DNA of 64,000 nt from an uncultured Pseudomonas sp. Its GTDB lineage: Bacteria; Pseudomonadota; Gammaproteobacteria; Pseudomonadales; Pseudomonadaceae. Position 1 is the first letter of the stretch. Each line of letters starts with the position of its first letter. The DNA is taken from NCBI GenBank assembly GCA_964518735.1, contig CAZFKQ010000015.1, positions 16,979-80,978 of the forward strand, written 5' to 3'. This document shows positions 1 to 12,877 of this stretch, one piece after another. The translations under genes were made by a program, and so were the position numbers. Below the pieces are notes generated by a model. The model was not told the DNA's origin, ran no database searches, and saw only the letters and a list, made by a program, of their open reading frames with translations.

Positions 1-815
1 TCGATGACCTGGCGCAGCTCGTCTTCCTTGAGCTTCATGCGGCGCATCAGCTGGCTGTAATCGCGACTACCGAGCAGATCAAGGTGGTCGCTGGCCAGGC
101 GCTGGGCCTCGCTCAGCCACGGGGTGCTGGGCGGCAGCTGGCGCAGTTGCAGCAGCAGGCATTCGCGCAGGTCGCGGGCGCCGACGCCGGCCGGGTCGAA
201 GTTCTGGATGCGGTGCAGCACGGCTTCGACTTCGTCCAGCTCAACGTCCATTTCCGGGTCGAAGGCGTCGACAATTTCCTCGAGCGTCTCCTCCAGATAA
301 CCCTGATTGTTGATGCAGTCGATCAGGGTTACGGCGATCAGGCGGTCGGTATCCGACATCGGTGCCAGGTTTAGCTGCCACAGCAAGTGGGTCTGCAGGC
401 TTTCGCCGGCCGAGGTGCGGGTGGTGAAGTCCCACTCGTCATCGTCGTTGCTTGGCAGGCTGCTGGCACTGGTCTGGTAGACGTCCTCCCAGGCCGTGTC
501 GACGGGCAGCTCGTTGGGAATGCGCTCATTCCACTCGCCGTCTTCGATGGAGTCGGCAGGCGTGCTGTTGGTTTCCTGGTAGGTGTCCTGCTGCTGTTTG
601 GACTGCGCGTTCTGCTCTTCGCCGTCGGCCAGCGGGTCGCTGTTATCGAAGTCTTCGCCTTCTTCCTGGCGTTCCAGCATGGGGTTGGATTCCAGCGCTT
701 CCTGGATTTCCTGTTGCAGGTCCAGGGTGGAAAGCTGGAGGAGGCGAATGGCTTGTTGCAGCTGCGGTGTCATCGTCAGCTGCTGGCCCATCTTGAGGAC
801 TAGCGAAGGTTTCAT
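1..815 (-). CDS. rpoN: RNA polymerase sigma-54 factor, 5' part (runs off the window's left edge)
   Basis: Minus strand from ATG at 815 reads [47 protein letters not shown], the Q/L-rich region I of sigma54; lies downstream of lptB. Confidence 0.97.
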   Translation of the reverse strand, partial: MKPSLVLKMGQQLTMTPQLQQAIRLLQLSTLDLQQEIQEALESNPMLERQEEGEDFDNSDPLADGEEQNAQSKQQQDTYQETNSTPADSIEDGEWNERIPNELPVDTAWEDVYQTSASSLPSNDDDEWDFTTRTSAGESLQTHLLWQLNLAPMSDTDRLIAVTLIDCINNQGYLEETLEEIVDAFDPEMDVELDEVEAVLHRIQNFDPAGVGARDLRECLLLQLRQLPPSTPWLSEAQRLASDHLDLLGSRDYSQLMRRMKLKEDELRQVI

Positions 816-959
816 GGCAGGAAGCTTTGCACCTTATTTGCCGGCGCGGGTGCGCCATTCACTACAGGGCGCCGGGGCGCCGCCAATAAGCAAATTATAT
901 GCCCGAAACTTGAGGGCTTGCCTAGGCTTGACAACGTCCTTGTAGTGAAACGGCTCTTT

Positions 960-1685
960 TCAGAGGCGGAATTCGTGCCCGAGGTAGACCTCTTTCACCA
1001 ACTGGTTAGCCAGGATGCTTTCGGCATCACCTTCGGCAATCAGTTGACCATCATTAACAATGTAGGCGGTCTCACAGATGTCGAGGGTCTCGCGCACGTT
1101 GTGGTCGGTGATCAGTACGCCAATTCCTTTGGCTTTCAGATGGTGGATGATCTGCTTGATATCACCTACCGATATCGGATCCACGCCAGCGAAGGGCTCA
1201 TCGAGCAGAATGAACTTGGGCTCGGTGGCCAGGGCGCGAGCAATTTCCACGCGGCGGCGCTCACCGCCAGACAGGCTCATGCCGAGGTTGTCGCGGATAT
1301 GGCTGATGTGGAACTCCTGCAGCAGGGTTTCCAGCGCGGCGTGGCGGCCGGCGCGGTCCAGATCCTTGCGGGTTTCCAGGATGGCCATGATGTTGTCGGC
1401 TACTGACAGCTTACGGAAGATCGAGGCTTCCTGTGGCAGGTAGCCGATGCCGACGCGAGCGCGGCCATGCATGGGCTGGTGGCTGACGTCGAGATTGTCG
1501 ATCAGCACGCGACCCTGGTCGGCCTGGACCAGGCCGACGATCATGTAGAAGCAGGTGGTCTTGCCGGCGCCGTTGGGGCCAAGCAGGCCGACGATCTGAC
1601 CGCTGTCGATGGACAGGCTGACATCGCGTACGACCTGGCGGCCCTTGTAGCTCTTGGCCAAGTGCTGGGCTTTAAGGGTTGCCAT
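960..1685 (-). CDS. lptB: LPS export ABC transporter ATPase
   Basis: GPNGAGKT Walker A, LSGGERRR signature, [21 protein letters not shown]-terminus; lptCAB order. Confidence 0.97.
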   Translation of the reverse strand: MATLKAQHLAKSYKGRQVVRDVSLSIDSGQIVGLLGPNGAGKTTCFYMIVGLVQADQGRVLIDNLDVSHQPMHGRARVGIGYLPQEASIFRKLSVADNIMAILETRKDLDRAGRHAALETLLQEFHISHIRDNLGMSLSGGERRRVEIARALATEPKFILLDEPFAGVDPISVGDIKQIIHHLKAKGIGVLITDHNVRETLDICETAYIVNDGQLIAEGDAESILANQLVKEVYLGHEFRL

Positions 1686-2233
1686 TACTGCGCTTGCTCC
1701 GGTTGGCCGGTTTTCTTGCGCGGCTGAATGACCATGTCGATGCGTGGGCGTGGGGTGCTTAGGGCGGTGCCATTGGCGCGGCCGGCGTTGACGATCTGGC
1801 GCTGGGTGTCATAGACGATTTTCTCGCCTTCGAAGGTGTTGCCTTCCTGAATCACCTTGGCCTGATCGATCAGCACGATGCGCTCGTTGCTGGCGAAGTA
1901 CTGGATGGTCAGGCCGTAGGCCTTGACGATCTGCTTGTCTGCCGAGGGCTTCTGCTCGTAGTAGGCGGGTTTGCCCACCGAGGTGAAGACTTCGACTTCA
2001 CCATTGGCATCCTGGGTGATGGTGACCGTGTCACCGGTGATCTTCAGGGTGCCCTGGGTAATCACTACGCCGCCGCGGTATACGGCTACGCCTTGCTTGT
2101 CGTCCAGTTCAGCGCTGTCGGCTTGCACCCGGATTGGCTGCTCGCGGTCGCTGGGCAGGGCCCAGGCGCTTGCGCTTCCGAGCGCGGCACCGAGGCTGAT
2201 GAACAATAAGGGGAGTGTTTTAACGAGCCTCAT
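1685..2233 (-). CDS. lptA: LPS transport periplasmic protein
   Basis: Signal peptide then [20 protein letters not shown], OstA-like; between lptC and lptB. Confidence 0.95.
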   Translation of the reverse strand: MRLVKTLPLLFISLGAALGSASAWALPSDREQPIRVQADSAELDDKQGVAVYRGGVVITQGTLKITGDTVTITQDANGEVEVFTSVGKPAYYEQKPSADKQIVKAYGLTIQYFASNERIVLIDQAKVIQEGNTFEGEKIVYDTQRQIVNAGRANGTALSTPRPRIDMVIQPRKKTGQPEQAQ

Positions 2234-2789
2234 GCTGGCCTCTTACGTTGGACAGCAGGAGGATCCGGCCGTCATTCATGTACGCTTTCATTCCTTGCGC
2301 CGTGGTCACCCCGTTCGCGGCCTCGATTCTAACGGCTTGCTGGGTTTGCGCATATTCCTTGTCAGGAAATACGGTCATCCGGCTGCTGGTGATCACGGTT
2401 GGGCGGCCTTTGGCGTCGGTACGCGCGACGCGCACGGCGTCGATCAGTTCGACTTCCTTGCCTTCCGGTGCAACTTCGCCGCGCTCGCTCTGCACGTGCC
2501 AGGGGTAGGCGCTGCCGCGGTACAGTTGCAGATCTGGCTTGTTCAGTAGGGTAATGTCGCTGGCCTGCATATGTTCCAGCTTGTCGGCGGTCATCTCATA
2601 ATGCAGTTGGCCGTCTTCCTGATATTGCAGGGTGCGGGCGTTGACTACATAAAAGTCGATGGCATTGTCCGTTGCGGCTGTCTGCGGCTTGTCCAGAAAG
2701 CTTTCCGGGCGAATGTTCCAATAGCCGACGGCTGCCAGGAGGGCGGCAATCAGGCTGAATATCAGGGGTTGTTTCAGTTTGCCGAGCAT
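2220..2789 (-). CDS. lptC: LPS export periplasmic protein
   Basis: N-terminal membrane anchor; position between kdsC and lptA. Confidence 0.93.
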   Translation of the reverse strand: MLGKLKQPLIFSLIAALLAAVGYWNIRPESFLDKPQTAATDNAIDFYVVNARTLQYQEDGQLHYEMTADKLEHMQASDITLLNKPDLQLYRGSAYPWHVQSERGEVAPEGKEVELIDAVRVARTDAKGRPTVITSSRMTVFPDKEYAQTQQAVRIEAANGVTTAQGMKAYMNDGRILLLSNVRGQHEAR

Positions 2790-2797
2790 GCTTGATC

Positions 2798-3322
2798 CTA
2801 GAGGTAGGCGGCTTGGGCGGCGTCGAGGCTGCCTTGGGCGCGCATGATCAGTTCGCAGAATTCGCGGGCGGCGCCTTCGCCACCGCGTGCTGCAGTGACG
2901 CCATGGGCGTGCTGGCGGACGAAGCCATCGGCGCTGGCCACGGCCATGCCCAGGCCAACCCGGCGGATCACCGGCAGATCAGGCAGGTCATCGCCGAGGT
3001 AGGCAACTTGCTCATAGCTTAGTCCGAGCTCGCCGAGTAGCTCATCCAGCACGACAAGCTTGTCTTCGCGGCCCTGGTACAGGTGCTGGATGCCCAGGTT
3101 CTGGGCGCGGCGTTCGACCACAGGGGTCTTGCGGCCGCTGATGATGGCAGTGCGGACTCCGGAGTTGATCAGCATCTTGATGCCGTGACCGTCCAGGGTG
3201 TTGAAGGTCTTGAACTCGCTGCCATCGACAAGAAAGTACAACTTGCCATCGGTCAGTACGCCGTCGACATCGAAGACGGCCAGTTTAATTGCCTTGGCGC
3301 GTTGCAGCAGTTCGCTGTTCAT
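2798..3322 (-). CDS. kdsC: KDO 8-phosphate phosphatase
   Basis: HAD motifs FDVDGVLTDG and GDDLPD; follows kdsD. Confidence 0.96.
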   Translation of the reverse strand: MNSELLQRAKAIKLAVFDVDGVLTDGKLYFLVDGSEFKTFNTLDGHGIKMLINSGVRTAIISGRKTPVVERRAQNLGIQHLYQGREDKLVVLDELLGELGLSYEQVAYLGDDLPDLPVIRRVGLGMAVASADGFVRQHAHGVTAARGGEGAAREFCELIMRAQGSLDAAQAAYL

Positions 3323-4297
3323 TTACATCACTCCGGCGCGCAGCAGATCGTGCATGTTGAGGGCGCCAACCGGCTGGTCCTCGTCATCGACCACCACCAG
3401 CGCGTTGATCTTGTGGTCTTCCATGATTTTCAGGGCTTCGGCGGCGAGCATTTCGGCGCGGGCGGTCTTGCCGTGTACGGTCATCACGCTGTCGATGCTG
3501 GCATCGCGCACGTCGATGCCCTTGTCCAGGGTGCGGCGTAGATCGCCGTCGGTGAAGATCCCGGCCAGTTTGCCGTCGGCCTCAACCACCACGGTCATAC
3601 CCAGGCCTTTGCGGGTCATCTCCAGCAGGGCGTCGCGCAGGCTGGTGCCGCGCTGCACCAGGGGCAGGCGGGCGCCGCTGTGCATGACGTTTTCCACCTT
3701 GAGCAGCAGGCGTCGGCCCAGTGCGCCGCCCGGGTGGGAGAAGGCGAAGTCTTCGGCGGTAAAGCCGCGGGCTTCCAGCAGGGCAATGGCCAGGGCATCG
3801 CCGAGCACCAGGGAAACGGTGGTGGATGACGTCGGCGCCAGATTCAGCGGGCAGGCCTCCTGGGCGACCTGGGCGTCCAGGTTGACTTCGGCGGCCTTGG
3901 CCAACGGCGATTCCGGGTTGCCGGTCATGCTGATCAGGGTGATGCCGAGGCGCTTGATCAGCGGCAGCAGGGTGACGATTTCCGCAGTGGAGCCGGAGTT
4001 GGACAAGGCAAGGACCACGTCGTCCTTGGTGATCATGCCCATGTCGCCGTGGCTGGCTTCGGCTGGGTGGACGAAGAAGGCCGGTGTGCCGGTACTGGCC
4101 AGGGTAGCGGCGATCTTGTTGCCGACATGCCCGGACTTGCCCATGCCGACCACTACGATACGGCCCTTGCAGGCCAGCATCAGCTCGCAGGCGCGGACGA
4201 AATCGCCGTTGACGCGGGCCAGCAGGGCCTCGATGGCCTCGAGTTCGAGGCGCATGGTGCGCTGGGCGGATTGGATCAGATCGCTGGACTGGCTCAT
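3323..4297 (-). CDS. kdsD: Arabinose 5-phosphate isomerase (SIS + CBS domains)
   Basis: GMGKSGH, HPAEASHGDMG, HPGGALG; start trimmed to ATG 4297 (MSQSSDL). Confidence 0.96.
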   Translation of the reverse strand: MSQSSDLIQSAQRTMRLELEAIEALLARVNGDFVRACELMLACKGRIVVVGMGKSGHVGNKIAATLASTGTPAFFVHPAEASHGDMGMITKDDVVLALSNSGSTAEIVTLLPLIKRLGITLISMTGNPESPLAKAAEVNLDAQVAQEACPLNLAPTSSTTVSLVLGDALAIALLEARGFTAEDFAFSHPGGALGRRLLLKVENVMHSGARLPLVQRGTSLRDALLEMTRKGLGMTVVVEADGKLAGIFTDGDLRRTLDKGIDVRDASIDSVMTVHGKTARAEMLAAEALKIMEDHKINALVVVDDEDQPVGALNMHDLLRAGVM

Positions 4298-4539
4298 GAC
4301 GATTTCACGACGGTCGGCAGAAAAGTCGGCGATTATAGCGGGAAAGCCGCTTCGCCTCACCTATGGTGGATGTGGCCCGGTGAAGCGGTGCCTAAATTGC
4401 TTGAAAACATTACCTGGCCTTGGGTGCCTAAGGCGTGGATGGTATATTGCGCGCCCTGTTCGGCCTGTCTGTGCTATGGCGTGTCCCCGTTCGGGGATGC
4501 CGCGTCAATCCAGGGAAGGCTGTTTCACAAGGAGTTTGG

Positions 4540-5349
4540 ATGAGCGCCGATAATGCCTACGCTGTCGAGTTGAAGGGTCTGACCTTCAAGCGCGGCGCAC
4601 GCACCATCTTTGACAATGTCGATATCCGTATTCCGCGTGGCAAGGTCACGGGCATCATGGGGCCTTCCGGTTGCGGCAAGACCACCCTGCTGCGTCTGAT
4701 TGCTGCCCAGCTCAAGCCGGACAACGGCGAGGTGTGGGTCAACGGCCAGAACCTGCCGACCCTGTCGCGCAGCGATCTGTTCGATATGCGCAAGCAGTTC
4801 GGTGTGCTGTTCCAGAGCGGTGCCTTGTTTACCGATCTCGACGTGTTCGAGAACGTCGCCTTTCCGTTGCGGGTGCATACCCAGCTGTCCGACGAGATGA
4901 TTCGCGACATTGTGCTGATGAAGCTGCAGGCCGTGGGGTTGCGTGGCGCCATCGAGCTGATGCCGGATGAGTTGTCTGGCGGCATGAAGCGTCGTGTGGC
5001 ACTGGCCCGGGCGATTGCACTGGATCCCCAGATTCTGATGTATGACGAACCGTTCGTCGGCCAGGACCCGATTGCCATGGGTGTGCTGGTGCGCTTGATC
5101 CGCTTGCTCAACGACGCCCTGGGTATCACCAGCATTGTGGTGTCCCATGACCTGGCCGAAACCGCCAGTATTGCCGACTACCTCTATGTGGTGGGCGATG
5201 GTCAGGTGTTGGGGCAGGGCACTCCGGATGAGCTGATGAACTCGGATAACCCGCGCATCCAGCAGTTCATGAAAGGGATTCCAGATGGACCGGTGCCGTT
5301 CCACTACCCAGCGCCAGATTATCTTGATGATTTGTTGGGGGCGCGTTGA
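4540..5349 (+). CDS. mlaF: Mla phospholipid ABC transporter ATPase
   Basis: [27 protein letters not shown]; RBS AAGGAG before ATG 4540. Confidence 0.95.
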   Translation: MSADNAYAVELKGLTFKRGARTIFDNVDIRIPRGKVTGIMGPSGCGKTTLLRLIAAQLKPDNGEVWVNGQNLPTLSRSDLFDMRKQFGVLFQSGALFTDLDVFENVAFPLRVHTQLSDEMIRDIVLMKLQAVGLRGAIELMPDELSGGMKRRVALARAIALDPQILMYDEPFVGQDPIAMGVLVRLIRLLNDALGITSIVVSHDLAETASIADYLYVVGDGQVLGQGTPDELMNSDNPRIQQFMKGIPDGPVPFHYPAPDYLDDLLGAR

Positions 5350-6146
5350 TGCGTAAGTCTTCGCCAGTCGAGCGCATCCGTCTGCTCGGTCGTTCCGGGG
5401 TCGACGTGGTACAGGCCCTGGGGCGCTCGTCCCTGTTTTTGTTCAGCTCGCTGTTCGGTCGCAGTGGCTTGAGCAATGGCGGTCAGTTGCTGATCCGCCA
5501 GCTGTATTTTGTCGGCGTGCTGTCGCTGCCGATCATCGTGGTGGCCGGTCTGTTCATTGGCATGGTGCTGGCGTTGCAGGGCTTCAATATTCTCAGCAGC
5601 TACGGTTCCGAGCAGGCGGTCGGGCAAATGGTTGCCCTGACCTTGCTGCGTGAACTGGGGCCGGTGGTGACTGGTTTGCTGTTTGCCGGTCGTGCCGGAT
5701 CGGCGCTGACCGCCGAAATCGGCAACATGAAGTCCACTGAGCAATTGTCCAGCCTGGAAATGATTGGTGTCGATCCGCTCAAGTACATCATTGCCCCGCG
5801 CCTGTGGGCTGGCTTCATTTCCATGCCGCTGCTGGCCACCATCTTCAGTGTGGTTGGTATCTGGGGGGGGGCGATGGTTGCCGTCGACTGGCTGGGGGTC
5901 TACGAAGGCTCGTTCTGGTCGAACATGCAGAACAGCGTGCAGTTCACCGAAGATGTGCTCAATGGTGTGATCAAAAGCATCGTATTTGCATTCGTGGTGA
6001 CCTGGATTGCCGTGTTCCAAGGTTATGACTGCGAGCCGACCTCGGAAGGCATCAGCAGCGCTACCACCAAAACCGTGGTCTATGCCTCCCTGGCCGTGCT
6101 CGGCCTCGACTTTATTCTGACTGCCCTGATGTTTGGAGATCTCTGA
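5349..6146 (+). CDS. mlaE: Mla ABC transporter permease
   Basis: [34 protein letters not shown] motif; overlaps the mlaF stop. Confidence 0.96.
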   Translation: MRKSSPVERIRLLGRSGVDVVQALGRSSLFLFSSLFGRSGLSNGGQLLIRQLYFVGVLSLPIIVVAGLFIGMVLALQGFNILSSYGSEQAVGQMVALTLLRELGPVVTGLLFAGRAGSALTAEIGNMKSTEQLSSLEMIGVDPLKYIIAPRLWAGFISMPLLATIFSVVGIWGGAMVAVDWLGVYEGSFWSNMQNSVQFTEDVLNGVIKSIVFAFVVTWIAVFQGYDCEPTSEGISSATTKTVVYASLAVLGLDFILTALMFGDL

Positions 6147-6613
6147 TGCAAAGCCGCTCCCTGGAAATCGGCGTCGGCCTGTTCCTGCTGGCTGGATTGC
6201 TGGCCCTGCTGTTGCTGGCCCTGCGTGTCAGTGGCCTGTCGGCAGTAAGTTCGGGCGATACCTACAAGCTCTATGCGCACTTCGACAATATTGCCGGGCT
6301 GACCGTCCGGGCCAAGGTCACCCTGGCTGGCGTGACTATCGGTAAGGTCACTGCCATCGACCTGGATCGCGACAGCTACACCGGTCGAGTGACCATGGAG
6401 GTGGAAAAGCGCGTGAATAATCTGCCTACAGACTCTACTGCATCCATTCTTACCGCCGGCCTGCTGGGCGAAAAATACATCGGCATCAGTGTGGGCGGCG
6501 AAGAAGAGGTGCTTGAGGCCGACGGGGTGATCAATGACACGCAATCGGCGCTGGTGCTGGAAGACCTTATTGGTAAGTTCCTGATCAACTCGGTAAATAA
6601 AGAAAGCAAATGA
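6146..6613 (+). CDS. mlaD: MCE-domain lipid asymmetry protein
   Basis: N-terminal TM, FDNIAGLTVRAKVTLAGVTIGKV, ILTAGLLGEKYI. Confidence 0.96.
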   Translation: MQSRSLEIGVGLFLLAGLLALLLLALRVSGLSAVSSGDTYKLYAHFDNIAGLTVRAKVTLAGVTIGKVTAIDLDRDSYTGRVTMEVEKRVNNLPTDSTASILTAGLLGEKYIGISVGGEEEVLEADGVINDTQSALVLEDLIGKFLINSVNKESK

Positions 6614-7269
6614 GGATTCTGAGCATGCTGAAGACTCTGCGAGCCGGGCTGTTGGTGGCGTTGGCTGCCCTTCCTTTGCTGGCCCAGGCGGCGCCCACCG
6701 CCCATGACGTGGTGCAGCAGACCACCGACCAGCTGATTGGCGACCTGAAAGCCAACAAGGTGGCTTACAAGCAGGCCCCCCAGGATTTCTACGATGCGCT
6801 GAATCGCATTCTTGGTCCGGTGGTGGATAGCGAAGGTATTTCGCGCAGCATCATGACCGTCAAGTATTCGCGCAAGGCCAGTCCTGAGCAGCTCCAGCGC
6901 TTCGAGGACAACTTCAAGCGCAGCCTGATGCAGTTCTACGGCAATGCCCTGCTCGAATACGACAATCAGGATATTCGTGTACTGCCAGCCAAGGTCGAGG
7001 GCGCCGATCGCGCCAGCGTCGGCATGCAAGTCAGTGACAGCAAGGGCACTGTCTACCCGGTTTCCTACACCATGGTGCAGATCGACGGCCAGTGGATGCT
7101 GCGCAACGTGATCATCAATGGCATCAACATCGGCAAGCTGTTCCGTGACCAGTTTGCCGACAGCATGCAGCGCAATGGCAATGATCTGGACAAGACCATC
7201 GACGGTTGGGCCGATGTAGTGGCCAAGGCCAAGGACAGCGCCACCGGTCAGCAGGCAAACGGGCAATGA
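6610..7269 (+). CDS. mlaC: Periplasmic phospholipid shuttle
   Basis: Signal peptide, WMLRNVIINGINIGKLFRDQF; operon position; start may be 6625. Confidence 0.93.
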   Translation: MRILSMLKTLRAGLLVALAALPLLAQAAPTAHDVVQQTTDQLIGDLKANKVAYKQAPQDFYDALNRILGPVVDSEGISRSIMTVKYSRKASPEQLQRFEDNFKRSLMQFYGNALLEYDNQDIRVLPAKVEGADRASVGMQVSDSKGTVYPVSYTMVQIDGQWMLRNVIINGINIGKLFRDQFADSMQRNGNDLDKTIDGWADVVAKAKDSATGQQANGQ

Positions 7270-7574
7270 ACGACGGTGCGATTCGCCAGGCTGCCAATGG
7301 CGAGCTGCAGCTCGTCGGTGTGCTCGACTATCGCACCGGTCCGGCCCTGCGTGAGGCGGGACGGCAACTGATCCAGGCCAGCACAAAGGCGAGCCTTGTG
7401 CTGGATTGTGCGGCGGTGCAGAAGTCCAGTAGCGTAGGTTTGTCCCTGCTGCTGGCGTTTATGCGTGATGCCAAGGCGGCAGGTAAGCAGTTGAGCGTCC
7501 GCGGGCTGCCTGCGGATATGCAGGAGATCGCCAGGGTTTCCGGTTTGCTCGAGGTGCTCGCGCCGCAAGCTTGA
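7266..7574 (+). CDS. mlaB: STAS-domain Mla subunit
   Basis: LDCAAVQKSSSVGLSLLLAF STAS motif; ATGA overlap with mlaC. Confidence 0.9.
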   Translation: MNDGAIRQAANGELQLVGVLDYRTGPALREAGRQLIQASTKASLVLDCAAVQKSSSVGLSLLLAFMRDAKAAGKQLSVRGLPADMQEIARVSGLLEVLAPQA

Positions 7575-7585
7575 GCGGCTGCAGG

Positions 7586-7636
7586 GCCCTCCGTCAGTGA
7601 TCCGGTATCCGGGCTTCGCAGGCGGGGGGCTTTTTT
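7586..7636 (+). terminator. Candidate intrinsic terminator after the mla operon
   Basis: GCCCTCCGTC pairs with GGCGGGGGGC (G-U allowed) around an inner hairpin, followed by T6. Confidence 0.45.
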
Positions 7637-7700
7637 GTATCATGGCCGGCCCGCGAGCCTTGGCCCGCCAATGATTTCTATGCGCCGATCGAGGTTGAGC

Positions 7701-9228
<1,528 letters not shown>

Positions 9229-9313
9229 TCGCTGGTTGCTCCACCGCTGTGCTGACGGGCCCCGCTCGTCGGCGCCAGACGCTTCAACGCGCTTCTAAGG
9301 ATTAGGTTTAGCA

Positions 9314-9946
9314 ATGCTCACCATCGCGCTGTCCAAAGGCCGCATTCTCGATGACACCCTGCCGTTGCTGGCTGAAGCCGGCATCGTGCCCACCGAGAAT
9401 CCGGAAAAGAGCCGCAAGCTGATCATCCCGACTACTCAGGATGATGTGCAGCTGCTGATCGTGCGGGCCACCGACGTGCCGACCTATGTCGAGCATGGCG
9501 CGGCCGACATTGGCGTGGCCGGCAAGGACGTGCTGCTCGAGTACGGCGGCGAGCTCTACGAGCCGCTGGACCTGCAGATTGCCAAGTGCAAACTGATGAC
9601 CGCTGGCAAGGTTGGTGCACCGGAGCCGAAAGGCCGCCTGCGTGTGGCCACCAAGTTCGTCAACGTGGCCAAGCGTTACTACGCCGAGCAGGGTCGTCAG
9701 GTCGAAGTGATCAAGCTGTACGGCTCCATGGAGCTGGCGCCGCTGGTCGGTCTGGCTGACAAGATCATCGACGTGGTCGACACCGGCAACACTTTGCGTG
9801 CCAACGGCCTGGAAGCCCAGGAACTGATCGCTACCATCAGCTCGCGACTGATCGTCAACAAGGCCTCGATGAAGATGCAGCACAGCCGCATCCAGGCGCT
9901 GATCGATACCCTGCGCAGCGCCGTCGAGTCCCGACACCCCAGCTAA
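9314..9946 (+). CDS. hisG: ATP phosphoribosyltransferase, short form (HisZ-dependent)
   Basis: [38 protein letters not shown]; 210 aa, no C-terminal regulatory domain. Confidence 0.96.
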   Translation: MLTIALSKGRILDDTLPLLAEAGIVPTENPEKSRKLIIPTTQDDVQLLIVRATDVPTYVEHGAADIGVAGKDVLLEYGGELYEPLDLQIAKCKLMTAGKVGAPEPKGRLRVATKFVNVAKRYYAEQGRQVEVIKLYGSMELAPLVGLADKIIDVVDTGNTLRANGLEAQELIATISSRLIVNKASMKMQHSRIQALIDTLRSAVESRHPS

Positions 9947-10069
9947 TACCTTCAACGCGGCAATCCGCCGCGTCTGCCTATCCGTGTCATAGCCACTTTT
10001 CTCGGGCGTCCATGCGGTGGGCTTGGTAGCCTAGCGACGCCCGAGCATTTGCCAATCAAGAGGCCCGCT

Positions 10070-11380
10070 ATGACCAGTCCCATCGCCATCCGCCGACTCA
10101 ACGCCGCTGACCAGGACTTCGCGCGCCATCTGGATCATCTGCTGAGCTGGGAAAGTGTGTCGGACGACGCGGTCAATCAGCGCGTGCTGGACATCATCAA
10201 GTCTGTGCGTGAGCGCGGCGATGCGGCCCTGGTCGAATTCACCAAACAGTTCGATGGCCTGGATGTGGCCAGCATGGCCGACCTGATCCTGCCGCGCGAG
10301 CGCCTGGAACTGGCCCTGACCCGCATCACCGCCGAGCAGCGCAGCGCCCTGGAAAAGGCTGCCGAGCGCGTGCGCCTGTACCACGAGCGGCAGAAGCAGG
10401 ATTCCTGGACCTACACCGAGGCTGACGGCACGGTGCTGGGCCAGAAAGTTACCCCGCTGGATCGCGCCGGCCTGTATGTGCCGGGTGGCAAGGCCTCGTA
10501 CCCGTCCTCGGTGCTGATGAACGCCATCCCGGCCAAGGTCGCCGGCGTACCGGAAGTGGTGATGGTGGTGCCGACCCCGCGTGGTGAGATCAATGAGATC
10601 GTCCTCGCCGCTGCCTGCATCGCCGGCGTCGACCGGGTGTTCACCATCGGTGGCGCCCAGGCCGTGGCCGCGTTGGCCTATGGCACCGAGAGCGTGCCGC
10701 CGGTCGATAAGATCGTCGGCCCCGGCAACATCTACGTGGCCACCGCCAAGCGCCACGTGTTCGGCAAGGTCGGCATCGACATGATCGCCGGGCCGTCGGA
10801 GATCCTGGTGGTGTGTGACGGCCAGACCGATCCCGACTGGATCGCTATGGACCTGTTTTCCCAGGCCGAGCACGACGAAGACGCCCAGTCGATTCTGGTC
10901 AGCCCGGATGCCGCCTTCCTCGACCGCGTGGCGGCGAGCATCGCCAAGCTGCTGCCGACCCTGGAGCGCGAAACCATTGCGCGCACCTCGCTGGAAGGTC
11001 GTGGCGCACTGATCCAGGTGGCCGACATGGCCCAGGCCATCGAGGTGGCCAACCGCATTGCGCCGGAGCACCTGGAGCTGTCGGTAGAAAATCCCGAGCA
11101 GTACCTGCCGCTGATCCGTCACGCTGGGGCGATCTTCATGGGCCGTTACACCGCCGAAGCTTTGGGCGATTACTGCGCTGGGCCGAACCACGTGCTGCCG
11201 ACCTCCGGCACTGCACGCTACTCCTCGCCGCTGGGCGTGTATGACTTCCAGAAGCGCTCGTCGATCATTCATTGTTCGGCCGAGGGCGCATCTGAGCTGG
11301 GCAAGGTGGCCAGTGTGCTGGCTCGCGGCGAGTCGCTGACTGCCCATGCGCGCAGCGCCGAGTACCGCATCAAGCCTTAA
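10070..11380 (+). CDS. hisD: Histidinol dehydrogenase
   Basis: [51 protein letters not shown]. Confidence 0.98.
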   Translation: MTSPIAIRRLNAADQDFARHLDHLLSWESVSDDAVNQRVLDIIKSVRERGDAALVEFTKQFDGLDVASMADLILPRERLELALTRITAEQRSALEKAAERVRLYHERQKQDSWTYTEADGTVLGQKVTPLDRAGLYVPGGKASYPSSVLMNAIPAKVAGVPEVVMVVPTPRGEINEIVLAAACIAGVDRVFTIGGAQAVAALAYGTESVPPVDKIVGPGNIYVATAKRHVFGKVGIDMIAGPSEILVVCDGQTDPDWIAMDLFSQAEHDEDAQSILVSPDAAFLDRVAASIAKLLPTLERETIARTSLEGRGALIQVADMAQAIEVANRIAPEHLELSVENPEQYLPLIRHAGAIFMGRYTAEALGDYCAGPNHVLPTSGTARYSSPLGVYDFQKRSSIIHCSAEGASELGKVASVLARGESLTAHARSAEYRIKP

Positions 11381-11390
11381 GCCGAACCCT

Positions 11391-11450
11391 GTAGGAGCCA
11401 GCTTGCTGGCGATGCTCTTGAGAGCGGATCCCCAGCAAGCTGGCTCCTAC
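11391..11450. repeat. REP-like doublet (GTAGGAGC family)
   Basis: GTAGGAGCCAGCTTGCTGG inverted against CCAGCAAGCTGGCTCCTAC in the hisD-hisC gap. Confidence 0.85.
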
Positions 11451-11493
11451 GAAAGCGAAAGCAAACCGAACGAATTCGAGGAGAGAAGGGCAG

Positions 11494-12549
11494 ATGAGCA
11501 AATTCTGGAGCCCCTTCGTCAAAAACCTGGTGCCCTATGTGCCGGGTGAGCAGCCGAAACTGGCCAAGCTGGTCAAGCTCAACACCAACGAGAACCCCTA
11601 TGGCCCGTCGCCCAAGGCGATTGCTGCCATGCAGGCCGAGCTGAATGACAGCCTGCGCCTTTACCCGGACCCCAACAGCGACCGTTTGAAGCAGGCGGTG
11701 GCCGACTATTACGGGGTGAACACCGCCCAGGTATTCGTCGGCAATGGCTCCGACGAAGTGCTGGCGCATGCCTTCCACGGCCTGTTCCAGAACGGCCGGC
11801 CGCTGCTGTTTCCGGACGTCACCTACAGCTTCTACCCGGTGTACTGCGGCCTGTACGGTATTCCTTTCGAGGCTTTGCCACTGGACGAGCAGTTCCAGAT
11901 CCGCGTGGAAGACTACGCGCGCCCCAATGGTGGCATCATCTTCCCCAACCCGAATGCGCCGACTGGTTGCGCCCTGGGCCTGGCGGCTATCGAGCGCCTG
12001 CTCTTGGCCAATCCGGATACCGTAGTGCTGGTCGATGAAGCCTATATCGACTTTGGCGGCGAGACGGCGATCAGCCTGGTGGGCAAATACCCCAACCTGC
12101 TGGTCAGCCAGACCCTGTCTAAGTCGCGCTCGCTGGCCGGTCTGCGGGTCGGTCTGGCCGTCGGCCACCCGGACCTGATCGAGGCGCTAGAGCGGATCAA
12201 GAACAGCTTCAACTCCTACCCGCTGGACCGTATGGCGATTGCCGGTGCGGCGGCGGCGTTCGAAGACCGGGCCTACTTCCAGCAGACCTGCCAGGCGGTG
12301 ATCGACAGTCGCGAACAACTGGTGGCAGCCATGACTGGCCTGGGTTTCGAGGTGTTGCCATCGGCGGCCAACTTCGTCTTTACCCGTCATCCTCAGCACG
12401 ATGCTGCGCAACTGGCGGCAGCCCTGCGTGAGCACGGGGTCATCGTGCGGCACTTCAAGCAGCAGCGTATTGCTCAGTTCCTGCGCATCACCATCGGTGC
12501 GCCGGAGCAGAATCAGGCGCTGCTGGATGCGCTACGGCAAATCCTCTGA
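11494..12549 (+). CDS. hisC: Histidinol-phosphate aminotransferase
   Basis: [40 protein letters not shown] (PLP lysine). Confidence 0.97.
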   Translation: MSKFWSPFVKNLVPYVPGEQPKLAKLVKLNTNENPYGPSPKAIAAMQAELNDSLRLYPDPNSDRLKQAVADYYGVNTAQVFVGNGSDEVLAHAFHGLFQNGRPLLFPDVTYSFYPVYCGLYGIPFEALPLDEQFQIRVEDYARPNGGIIFPNPNAPTGCALGLAAIERLLLANPDTVVLVDEAYIDFGGETAISLVGKYPNLLVSQTLSKSRSLAGLRVGLAVGHPDLIEALERIKNSFNSYPLDRMAIAGAAAAFEDRAYFQQTCQAVIDSREQLVAAMTGLGFEVLPSAANFVFTRHPQHDAAQLAAALREHGVIVRHFKQQRIAQFLRITIGAPEQNQALLDALRQIL

Positions 12550-12550
12550 A

Positions 12551-12582
12551 TGAAAAACGGCGCCCATGGGCGCCGTTTTTCA
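12551..12582. terminator. Bidirectional intrinsic terminator
   Basis: Perfect palindrome TGAAAAACGGCGCCCATGGGCGCCGTTTTTCA between convergent genes. Confidence 0.85.
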
Positions 12583-12593
12583 TTGCCTTTGCT

Positions 12594-12794
12594 TCACGGT
12601 GTTTGTTGCTGCATGTCCTGCAGACGCTTTTCGCCTTGGGCATTGGCCTGTTCAACCTGCTGCTTGAGCTGTTCCATCTGCTGCTGCAGCTGCTTGGCCT
12701 GTTCGGCCTGCAGGCTGGTCTGGGTTGCCGTGGCAGCGCCGTCGCAGCCGCTCAGGGTGAGGATCAGCAGGGAGGAGGCAAAAGCTATGCGCAT
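12594..12794 (-). CDS. Small Gln-rich lipoprotein (66 aa)
   Basis: MRIAFASSLLILTLSG-C lipobox followed by a Q-rich coiled coil; ATG at 12794. Confidence 0.7.
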   Translation of the reverse strand: MRIAFASSLLILTLSGCDGAATATQTSLQAEQAKQLQQQMEQLKQQVEQANAQGEKRLQDMQQQTP

Positions 12795-12877
12795 GACGGG
12801 CTCCGGCAAGGGTGGGGCTCTACCATAGCTTGCCTCAGGCATCGCGGCCAGTCAGCGCTCCGGGCTGTCTGGCGCAG

